Positions 49,801-61,800 of a DNA stretch of 64,000 bases are shown in pieces. Origin of the DNA: Macrostomum lignano (Eukaryota); NCBI GenBank assembly GCA_002269645.1, contig NIVC01000944.1, forward strand, positions 62,001-126,000. Direction: 5' to 3'. Each line of letters starts with the position of its first letter. Positions within the stretch are counted from its first letter, which is position 1. The translations under genes were made by a program, and so were the position numbers. Under the pieces are notes generated by a model. It was not told where the DNA came from and did no database searches. It was given only the letters and a program-made list of their open reading frames with translations.

Positions 49801-52800
49801 CGCTCCACCGCAGACCAGTCCCATTACCCAATCCACTCCAACTCAGACCAGTCCCATTACCCAATCCGCTCCAACTCAGAACAGTCCCATTACCCAATTC
49901 ACTCCACCGCAGACCAGTCCCATTACCCAATCCGCTCCACCGCAGACCAGTCCTATTATCGCGGCTGCTTCACGTGGCCTGAAATCTTGGAACGGCTGAG
50001 CGGCTCAAGCACTCATCTGCAAAGCAGCCTCCCAGCCCCGATGTCAGTCAGCGACTGCAGGCGGGCCTGCTACACCCAGAAATTCCAAATGGCCGCCGCC
50101 AACTACAGCAGCTGCTACTGCTTCAGCCTGAACCTCACTGGCATCGTTCCCGACCAGGAGTCCAACGAGACGATTCCGTTCGTGCTGAGCCGGGGCTTGC
50201 TGGAGGCCAGGAACTTTCGCTGCCTGTCGCTGTGCAACGCGTCCGAGTTCTGTGGCGGAAATGCCACGGCTGACAGCGGGCCCTGGGGCTTCTTCTCTGT
50301 GTACGACTCGTTTGGTGAGGGCGCCCGCTTGTTGCATGCAGCGTTGGGCAGAGTTAGTCTGGAAAGTGATTGGTTCAAAGCCAAAAAGTTAACTTTTGAC
50401 CCGCAGAAAAAAATCTTAACCCTTTTTTAGATAAAACTGATACTAGCTAGTAAGAGCTAATATGCTGATATTTTAAATTATTTATTTATTGGGATGCACA
50501 GAAGTCCATAGGCTTTCAGAATGCGCTCCGTTAACAATGCTTATTGCTAAGTTATTCTGTAGCACTTGCTTAAGAAGCGTTCGCTGCTCTTTGCAGACGG
50601 CTGCTACTCTGTCGCATCGATCCCGCCGCTCCTCGTGGTGGATGAGACCACCATGCAGCTGCTCAGCTCAGCCGCCTGCAAGTCCTACTGCAAGGCCTTC
50701 CCCAGCAGCCTGTACGCTATGATCCGCAACGTCACGTGCACCTGCCTGAGTGACGTCATTCAAGGCGCCAGTCAGGTGCCGCGGGCTCAGTGCAACTTCG
50801 AGTGCCGAGCATCAAACGAGAGTTGCGGAGGAGCGGGCAGCATTTACAACATCTTCACGCTGGCCACGCAGGTGAAAAAGTTCCGCTCGTGCAAGGAGCA
50901 GCAGGAAGATGCGGATGTCTACGAGAGCAACTTCTACCAGTTGACAGGCACCTTTAACACCTCCACGGCCCCTGATAGTGGAACAAGAGTTTTCTGCAGC
51001 ATGATCGGTAAGCTTCCGAACTACTTTGAGCAGCTCAGTTTGACAGGAACGCAAGCGGGGCCATCAAATTTATCGAACTCCTTAATAAATAATGAATTGG
51101 TTTAGCTCCTACAAATGACACGGGATAATAACGATGCAATTCATGGCTGAAACCCCAGGTCCCTGCAGCTCCTACAAATGACACGGGATAATAACGATGC
51201 AATTCATGGCTGAAACCCCAGGTCCCTGCAGCAGGTAATTCGATCAAACGCTTATTAGACTAAAAAACATAATAATAATTGATTACACCTGCCCTAATGG
51301 GCAGATGTGCAACCGGCAGCTCAGCCGCAGCTATTGCGCAGCGCATCTGAAGGCTGCTTACAGCTGTTCAGTCCATGGACCTGGGGTCGCCACACACACC
51401 CTCAGTTACCCCAGCTAATGCTAGTACCCATTTTACAGCTGGGTGAACTGAAGCAACTGTCTTGCTCAAGGGCACAATTGCTCTGGGTGTGTCGAGAATC
51501 GAACCCCCGACCTTTCAGTCGTGAATTCGACGCTCTAACCACTAGGCTAAAACTTATTCTTAGACCAGATGGTATACACAACTCAGGGGATTTGAGCTAC
51601 CCCTATAATAAGTAAAGCTTTATCAAACCCTTTCCTCCCAGACGGCACCCCCTGCAGCCCGGGCTGGTTCGGCTACCGCGGCTCCTGCTACGCGCCCTAC
51701 CTGCGCAGCACCGACATGCTGGCCTGGGCCGACTCCGCCGAGTTCTGCGCCCGTCAGAACTCCGTGCTTTGGTTTCCCATGGACGAAAATGAGTTGGACA
51801 TCATGAAGGAGCACTTCTTCAAGTGTGAGTGCTTCCATTTGAATAAAAACTGTCATTCTATTGATCTTCAAACTACTACGCCTTTAATGTAGAGATCAGG
51901 TCTATTGCAACCTTTTAAAGCAGAACTTATGCCAGTATTGGATAGACATTTGGATAGCACACCTATTTTTCTACAAGGTTTCCTTTCACATATTCGAAAT
52001 TTCAATATACTGAACTGCTGGCAATCCGATTTCATGAACCCTAGCCTTCACTAACCCTAAAATTGGCATAGACAGTTATAGTTAGCCCAGGCTGTTGAAA
52101 CGGGGTGAAATGCAGGGCAGCCATGGATGAATCATTTTATCATTTTTATTCTTTAAAGACGGCAGCCCGCCCGCTGCAATTATCTATGGCCGACTTCAAT
52201 AAATAAAAAACTCTTATGCATATAAGTTTTTACAACTTGTATATTTCGAAAGTAAAGCTTAAGTCCAGGAGTTCTATGATTAGCAATCTAGAGCGGAAAC
52301 GAGTTTTACCTCATGAGGCCACGCCAATTGTAAAGAACAAGGAGCCAGCACTGAATGTCCATGGCTCTGTCTATGCTAGTCTGGCCTCGAGGTAAAACTG
52401 AAAAACTTGTTTCCATTCCAGGTTGCTAATTATAGAACTCCTTGGCTTAATACTGCTTAAGAATGCTTATAACGGGTGTCCCAAAAAAAGGGTAACACTT
52501 TGTGCGCTCACTGTGAGTGAGCAGTTAGGCCTAGCACAGTAATTTAACAGGTCCACAGTAAACATTTGTAAGTTTTTCCCACAAACATTTGGTTGCGAAA
52601 AATTGCTCCAGAGGCGAGTTATTGAGCACAGAAGTGTCTTTTCTGCCAAGCTTTGCCATACACAGCTGCCATAGTCAATATTTTGCTTTAAAAAATCTTA
52701 AGGAGCGTAGACTCTGAGACATGTGTGGTCAAATACCAGTTTATTTGAAAAATTCGGTAATAGCACTGGATGATCCGAAGACGAATTTCTTCTTCAAACT

Positions 52801-55800
52801 TGCAGGCCATTGACGGTTTCTTAACTATGCAGCTGCTATGGTCCATAAGAAATTTTAACGTTAGATCAGTCTCAGAGTCTATGCATGCTCTGTCATTTTT
52901 CTTACGCAAAAGATTTTCTATGGCCTCCGTCTATGGTAAAGCTTAGCAGAGAAGCTAGCGTACACTTACAAGCTCAAAAGATCAATAGCGATTTTTCAAA
53001 TAAACTGGTATTTGACCACACGCCGTCTCAGAGTCAGACATCTCAGGTTTATGAAACTGAATGCTAGTTTAGGCGCTTGGCATAGTCGCTCAGTCAACAC
53101 CATTAAAAATTGCAGACTGGACTCACTATTTTGTAAGCCGAAAAGAGCTCAACATTGGCGTTCACAGCTGGATTGAGCTGCTTCCTCAGCTGCTTGACGG
53201 GAGCGTCATGCCTGCTGGAAGCAACTATGAAAAGTTCTCCAGTACCATGACCGCTGAGGAGCTGCTAGCTCGAAACTGTTTCTACCTTGGCCTTGACACG
53301 CACTACGGTGTCAAAGTCCACGCCAACCGCACAGCGTGTTCGGACACCACGCGGAGGAAGTTCTTTTGTGTAAAAAGTGCGTTTCGGTAATGGATTATTG
53401 TTGCTTTTATGGCTCACCAATGCGTATTGACTTAACTTACTGATTTCCCGCTGTCGCGTATGTTTTGGCCTGGTAATGACAAACAGACACTGAGGTACCT
53501 CATCTACAATATAGCTCTTTTCAGCCCACTTGTGGGCTTACACAAATTGAATTTAATCCAAGATATGTTTGCCAAAGTAATGTAGCTTTCGTCTTACAGC
53601 AGCATCTAATTTGGTCCATGGCGGCCGTGAAAACCCAATCAGGTGTTACAGCTGTGCAATGCGATTTAGTTCAGCAAATTTCAATGTTACCAATACAAGG
53701 TGACATAAAAATTCAATCTGCTTAACTATGGCAAAAGCTAAGAGCTTTTAGAATGGTCAAAACTCTGTTTCAATCACCAGCCCTTGGCGTTCGTTCGAAA
53801 GTCCAGCATCAGGTCCATGCACGATTTTGAGACCGATCTTCCTCTTCCGCAGCAGTTGCAATTATGAAGCATTGCTTTTGTCCCTACTGCTTGTGGCAGT
53901 CACGTCTAAATGAAAATCTTAGGCTGAAATTATGGAGCCGCTATGGACCAAAACGATGCTTGTTGGACCAAATTAAATGCTGCTCACGCCAGCCTTGCTA
54001 CCATAGACGAAAGCTCCAATACTTTGGCAAACAGAATTTGGATTAAAACCAATGCGTGTGAGCTCAAATGGGCTGCAAAAAGCTATATTACCAGTAAAAC
54101 CACAGACTATTCTTTGGTTAAAACAGCTTACAGGCCTGCTGGGGCCTGTAAGTCGGATAGCATCACAGCACCGAAAGTCACAGTTCCAACTTAGCCGCGT
54201 GATAGGCAAGCAATGACAATGCCATCGTGGGTTCTAAAATGATTCGCACTAAATTTGGCAGGGAGCCACCACCGGGGCTGCCACAAGTACAGCAGCAGCC
54301 TGGCCAACCAGCTCAAGCAGCCCGACAACACATTCAGCTTGCGCACCGCGACTCTGCAGGAGTGCCTCAGAACCTGCACCCACCGTCTGGCTGACTCGGC
54401 GATTGTCGAAGGCGCCTCCTGCACCTGCCTGAGCGACGACGAAATGCTGGAGAATTTCCAGCCAATCACAGACCCAGCCGAGATCCTGGCCAACTGCATG
54501 AAGCCGTGCGGCACGGGCTCGTATCAGTACTGCGCTGGGGCCAGCAGTGGCGGCTACACCTATGTGTACATCATGATGAGTGAGCTTTATTGAGCACTAA
54601 ATCCGACTTCATGAACAACTGAATTAGAAGGACGCTGCACCCAATTTTCTTAGAAACACATTTTTTCGCATCGCCAGTGCATTCAGGATGCTCTGAAGAA
54701 CGCATAGCGCTGAACTGGGGTTTGGCCATAGACAAAATTGAGAAAAAATCCGTTCTCGAAAGCATGCGAAATGCATCAGCGATACGGCAAATCTTTGTTG
54801 CTTACCGGCTTCATTTCTCGGAAAATCGGAGTGTAAAGTCCTTTTACTTTCAGCTGTTTATGCTCGACTTCTGAGTGTACATCCTCTTAATCTGAAATCT
54901 AATTTAATGGAAAATTTCATGCGAATTTTCATATTTTAGTCAAAGCCTGGCACCTGGCAGCCCGAATTGAGAATAACATGCCCGTTTTTCCCGGAGACAA
55001 AGATGTTGACTCGGTGAACAAGTTCCTGTACTCAGATACTCACTACAAAGAAAATTCAGGAACCTCAACTATTAAAAGCGAGCTCAGCTCAGCGAATGAT
55101 AAAGGAGACAACCGACTTTATGGCAGCAGCAGCCCGCTTATCCTGTTGCCATGGCAGCCGCTAAGTCTGCCGAACAGGCCCTACTTACAAGCGAGAACCG
55201 ACATCAATGTGAATTACGTCAACCGTGTTTGGCAAAGACTCAACAGGGGAACAGTGACTGACCTGATCAACATGACATTCTACAAATCTGATGGACAGAT
55301 CGACTGGCTTCTTTTTAATGCAACGGAAAAGGACAGAAACTACATGCGCTTCCAGCACGATGGAATCATAGCGACGTCCAATGGCACATTTGACACTTCG
55401 AGACTTGATCTTGCGACACTGCCTATCTATTCGTAAGTTTCTAATAGTTTCTAATGCGCTCGTGTACGAACTTATGAGGAGTTCGCTTTGGCACACTAGA
55501 GAGAGGGAAGGAGAGAAGAGAGAGAGAATTAAGTCTTGTGTCTAAAGGCACAAACTCCCACTTCCAGACCGTAAGTCTGGGGACAGAATTCAGTGTGTTC
55601 ACTTACTATTAGCGGGCTCCTCTTCAATCGTAGTTCGGGCTGTAGTCGCGCGCTGAGGGTTCTCCTTGTCGATTCTGAAGTTGGCCGAATACGAGAACAA
55701 CTTTAATAGTCGTAACAATTTAATCCGTCGACGTTAAAGTGTTCATTGTGATCAATGATCGAAATCAGACATGCGCCCTAATAATCAACTTATAACAATA

Positions 55801-58800
55801 ACGAGGTCCTCCGGAAAGGGGCGTCTTCTAGAAATAACAGAATCAGAGTCGTGTGCCCCTATCCGTTACTCTAGGGTACCAAAATCAATCAATCAATAAT
55901 CCTCTAAGAGTATCGGAATCGGTCCGCAGATCCTATTCAATCCTTTAGGAATAGGGAGGCCTCAAATTCAATAAGCTCAATGAAAATTAACTAAACGATA
56001 ACGGCCGGTACTAACACAGCTCTCGATAGTCAAATAACAAAGACGACGTCAAAGGCTTACCGATAGGTATAAATTTCCCTCGGAGACTCGTCAGGTCGCT
56101 CTGAGTCTCGAGAAACTGTTTTAAGTCTCTTTGGACTGCTCCGAGTCTGAGGTTTCAGCTCGGATTTTTGGCTTGTATTTATAGGCAACTTTTGCGAAAA
56201 CAAGGTCATTTCGATGAGGTGACGGGTTAAATTTGTAGGAATTTGACCCTTTGAAAATTGAATAGAATTTTTGCGAATACAATAGCTTTCCGGCATCACT
56301 TACCATATTGGGAGTTCTAATATTAAATGTAGCGGAATGGTCATTCACTTTTTTCGTGGTATTACAAAAATAGAGTGTGACCGCATGGCATTTAAAATTT
56401 GGGGTTTTGCGCATTTTTATCTTACTACTTCTAGTAGTGTGCTTATACTGTATTTTGGAGATCTCTACACTTATTCAAATTTGCATCATGGATTTATATT
56501 TCATTAGAGGCAGGGGACTGTGCGCACCCTGGCGCACTTTAAGTGACATTCTCACACAAGCCGGCGAGAGACATTACTGGAGAATGCACGCAGGCACACA
56601 GGAGTCACAGCGGCCCTGACTTTGGAATCGTCAGGCAATGTACACTCTCTGTGCCTTGGTGGTTGGCCCTCAGTGGCGTTGATTGCACGAGCAGACCCCA
56701 TGGGCTACCTCGTACTTAAGTAGTATAAACGACAGTTAAGTAGTCCGTGGCAGACCCCAGCCGAGATTCCAATCTAGCCCCAAGTCAACGTCACCTGGAA
56801 TCGAGCCTGGGCTGCTGGCACATCAGAGCTCCGCGCTGGGCTACGGCCCCCTTGCATCATGCATCCCCGTTTAATTGCAACAATGCCCAGTGATGCACAT
56901 TTGGTCTGTACATGACCGACCTAACGGCACGAGTGAACGCTGCAACAACTGATGATACTCACTAGAATACTTTAGAAAATTTCCCTATTTTTTTGCTTAA
57001 AGCACCCGCCCCAAGAAGGAAAAATGCGGACACAAAGGAGTTCAAAGAGAGGGTGCGAGTAGAAAAGGCGAGGAAACATAATCAATGGCTCAGTCAGTCA
57101 GTATGGGACGCATTACTATGCGCGCATGACATAAGCGCGCATTTTTAAACTAGTCTCAGTGACACAAGCGCGCATCTTAACTGCATGAGTCCGGCACATT
57201 ATAAATGAGCCCTAAATGCACGATGAATACCTACAGTCACGAGTGGTTATGTGTGGCAATTTGTGCATACATCTGTTTATCGTATTAAAGCGCGCTACTA
57301 TTAAAGCCCTCGACTGAAGCGACGGTCTGAGAACAGAGGGCCTGAGAATCACCGCAGCCCTCCCGACAGTATCAGTCCCCAATAAAATTACCAATATGGT
57401 CACGCAAAATGATGCACAAATCAAGTCTAAGCTGCAATGCAGTCTTGAACTCTGCTGCCACGCTGCCACAAATCAAGGAATCTTGTTCTAAGGTGACGCA
57501 ATTTCAATGTCGGTGTCACAATTCAGCCAGTCAACTGATAATGAATAATAAGCCAGTTGGTGATTTCAGTTGGTTGGAGGGTCAGGTCAGGTGAGCACAG
57601 GCTTAACAGCCCAGCCGTGGATGCAGGGCGCAGGGCGGAGAGGCTGCCTTGGGCTGGGTGCTTACAACCCCCAATTAGCACACACTGATTGGACGCGTGA
57701 ACATGAAGAATTAGAAGAATTGGGATCGCTAATCTGAACCCAAAAATTAAAGAACCGCTCGCTTCCCAACGCAGCTTTTTATTGGCTGAGGGTGGCTGGC
57801 TGAAAGAGAATCTGCTCCTGCCATCAATATAACCCGTGATCCAATTAAAATTGACTAACTTTATAGCGCTTACAGGTAACTTTATTGACTGTGAGTAGCA
57901 TTAATTAGTTCCAGTGAAAAGTTAAGTAGGGTGGGGGAGAGTTCCAGAAAATAACTTTGGCGTTGATTCAAAATTTTTTCGAACTTATCTGTTCTCTGTT
58001 TCGATTTAAATACAGTACATGTAATGTCGCTTGTGCTATATTTGCATTTCAGAGGCTCTTTTGAACGAGTTGTCTTTAAAATCTTCGAAACGGTGTCCGG
58101 CCAGGACTCCTGCGGTGACGCTTCGCAGGGGAAAAATCTGGCATTCTTCGCGTTGCTTGACACGACCTGGAGCTGCATCTCGAGCACGCCAGTGCTGCAC
58201 GCCACCTTCACCCATCCGAAATCTTTATACAGCTTTAATGGAAGCACCGGCGTGTCTAGCATGGCTCTGTGGACAAAGACTTACCTGAACACTGACAACA
58301 TGCCGACGACCACAGACGAGAGCTGCATCGAAGCCAACATACTAAAACTGAACACAACGATTGTTACTGCTAACAACTATTCAAAGATGTCGGCGAGCCC
58401 GTGTCCCGACAGCACTGACCAGGCCGAGCCCTCCTGGCTGTCCGGCGCCGGCAGCTGCGATCCCGGCTGGATGCAGATGGGCGAATTCTGCTTCCAGATG
58501 ACCGCAATGGCGACCACCTACGATGAAGCCCGGCTGTTCTGCAACCACTTCAATGCGACCCTGGCGGCGCCTCAGAACTACTCGCAAGTCAGGAGTTTCT
58601 ACACAGCCTGGACAAGATTTTACAGTTTCAACAGAGACCAGCAGCAGACTTCGAGCTATAACGGCCCAGGCTTTTGGGTTGGCGTGGCTGACAGAACTTC
58701 GACAAATCAGCTGGACACCGCGAGCGGATCCGCTGTCAACTACAGCTCGCTGATCTGCGGAATTCCGGTGGAGAAGCTCGGCATTCGCAAATTTGACAGC

Positions 58801-61800
58801 TCAGTTAACTGCCTCGAGGTTTTTACAAATACTTACAATGGAGACAAAGAAGCTGATTTTTTGAAAACTTCAAACTGCTATGATTACTCTCGGTACTTTT
58901 CGACTGTACCTTCAATGTTATATATAGATCAATATGCCTATCGATTGCAAGACTGCAAAAAGCAGCTAGCCGGAGTATTCTGCGAGAAGCCAATTAATAA
59001 AGGTAATTACAGACAGCGGTAATTACGTACAGCGGTAATTACGGACAGCGGTTTCAGAAGAGATTTTTACTCGCCTATGCCTCTTATAAATTGCAGTTCT
59101 GCACGGCTGCTACAGGCTGCACTGGTCGCTCATTCCTGACATGCAACAGCCGGAACTCGACCCCCAGCTGCACCTGCGTCAGTGCTTGGCTACCTGTAGC
59201 TGGAAAACCGCGCAGCTGGCGGCCTTGAGTCCCTACCGGTGCTACTGCATCGATTTCTCTGAGCTGATGAACCCCGCCATCGCCGTGCAGCTTCCCAGCA
59301 AGACTTGTTCGCGCACATGCAGCGGCAATCGGTACCAGACCTGCGGCGGCAGCTCGAGTTTAGTTGACACGGACATTGTGTCCGTCTATCGAGTGGGTGA
59401 GCTGATCTCCGAGTCATTGCGAATCCTGCTCGTCCAGCAATTTTAGCATTTTGTTGTAATTTTTTTACCCTCTGCCTACGGCAAGTCATGGATAGCATGG
59501 GCCTGTGAGGCCGTCTCCCGAGACACTAAAACTTCAGCTCAAATTTTTCGAAGGCGAGGGTTTTTTCCTTAGATGTATTTCAAATGTATGTTACACTGTT
59601 ACAGGGTGTTCGACCTTAGATGTATTTCAAATGTATGTTACACTGTTACAGGGTGTTTGACCTTAGATGTATTTCAAATGTATGTTACACTGTTACAGGG
59701 TGTTCGACCTTAGATGTATTTCAAATGTATGTTACACTGTTACAGGGTGTTTGACCTTAGATGTATTTCAAATGTATGTTACACTGTTACAGGGTGTTCG
59801 ACCTTAGATGTATTTCAAATGTATGTTACACTTTTACAGGGTGTTCGACCTTAGATGTATTTCAAATGTATGTTACACTGTTACAGGGTGTTCGACCTTA
59901 GATGTATTTCAAATGTATGTTACACTTTTACAGGGTGTTCGACCTTAGATGTATTTCAAATGTATGTTACACTGTTACAGGGTGTTCGACCTTAGATGTA
60001 TTTCAAATGTATGTTACACTGTTACAGGGTGTTTGACCTTAGATGTATTTCAAATGTATGTTACACTGTTACAGGGTGTTCGACCTTAGATGTATTTCAA
60101 ATGTATGTTACACTGTTACAGGGTGTTCGACCTTAGATGTATTTCAAGTGTATGTTACACTGTTACAGGGTGTTCGACCTTAGATGTATTTTAAATGTAT
60201 GTTACACTGTTACAGGGTGTTCGACCTTAGATGTATTTCAAATGTATGTTACACTGTTACAGGGTGTTCGACCTTAGATGTATTTCAAATGTATGTTACA
60301 CTGTTACAGGGTGTTTGACCTTAGATGTATTTCAAATGTATGTTACACTGTTACAGGGTGTTCGACCTTAGATGTATTTCAAATGTATGTTACACTGTTA
60401 CAGGGTGTTCGACCTTAGATGTATTTCAAATGTATGTTACACTGTTACAGGGTGTTCGACCTTAGATGTATTTTAAATGTTACACATTTATGAAATTCTG
60501 CCCTGCACAAATGGGATTTTCAAGTTCCCCTTCCCTGCTAATGAGCTCACCAATTCTATTAATTCACCCGCTGGCTCTTCCAGACCCGGCTTATCAAGAC
60601 ATTTCCGCCAGCTCATGCATGGATATTTTCCTCAAGGGTTTCTACCTGTCCGGATACTATCTGATCAACGGCCAACATCAGTATTGCTACCTGGCGGGTG
60701 AGTGAGAAGGGACAGTTAGATTTTGCGATTGTAACACCGTAATGCCTGCTTTGATCACTTCGGTATTTACGATGAAAAGTTATGACTCGGGATTTCATAA
60801 ACAATTGATGAATCCCCTATATAACTTTTCTTCGATCAAGGAGCTGTCGCTTCCTGCTGTGCAGGGCAGCCAGAATTAATAAACTGCTCGCCTTCTTTAG
60901 GAGCTGTCAAAAGTTTTCTTGGCGCTTGTTTCTTGCTTTTTGCCCCTTGTGCAATCCGCGGTTTCCTTCTTGCTTCTTGTATTTTTGTATTCCGGTGTCC
61001 GGGCATCTGCAGTGCGGACCACCGAGAGCGCAGTTGCAACTGGTGCCCGGATGCGGATGCACTGGGCTCTCCTCTTCTAAGCTGGACTGGCCATTTTCCA
61101 GACTGCCTTAGAATTTTACTCAGATACCTCTAATCTGCTGAGAGTTAGTGGTCATTCCGAGCTAAGGGTTAGCACCAGATAGCTAACCCTTGGAGACGTC
61201 TGATCTCTGTGGAAGATTGTAGTTGGTTCACTTGTGTTGGAATTCTCTCGGTTCGGCTTGGATGTGGAAGATTGTAGTTGGTTCACTTGTGTTGGAATTC
61301 TCTCGGTTCGGCTTGGATGTGGAAGATTGTAGTTGGTTCACTTGTGTTGGAACCCTCTCGGTTCGGCTTGGATGTGGAAGATTGTAGTTGGTTCACTTGT
61401 GTTGGAATTCTCTCGGTTCGGCTTGGATGTGGAAGATTGTAGTTGGTTCACTTGTGTTGGAATTCTCTCGGTTCGGCTTGGATGTGGAAGATTGTAGTTG
61501 GTTCACTTGTGTTGGAACCCTCTCGGTTCGGCTTGGATGTGGAAGATTGTAGTTGGTTCACTTGTGTTGGAACCCTCTCGGTTCGGCTTGGATGTGGAAG
61601 ATTGTAGTTGGTTCACTTGTGTTGGAACCCTCTCGGTTCGGCTTGGATGTGGAAGATTGTAGTTGGTTCACTTGTGTTGGAATTCTCTCGGTTCGGCTTG
61701 GATGTGGAAGATTGTAGTTGGTTCACTTGTGTTGGAATTCTCTCGGTTCGGCTTGGATGTGGAAGATTGTAGTTGGTTCACTTGTGTTGGAACCCTCTCG

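Noticed and set aside
51480-51549. Possible tRNA gene
   Set aside because: A/B boxes are present, but the acceptor and anticodon stems are imperfect and the sequence continues into a SINE body that has a second copy.
53943-54194. 83-aa ORF as an additional exon of the mosaic gene
   Set aside because: In-frame stop just upstream, no convincing splice sites or Cys pattern, and the flanking exons already join in phase.
55590-56340. Possible TIR element in the long intron
   Set aside because: Only weak partial terminal similarity, no TSD and no transposase remnant recognised.
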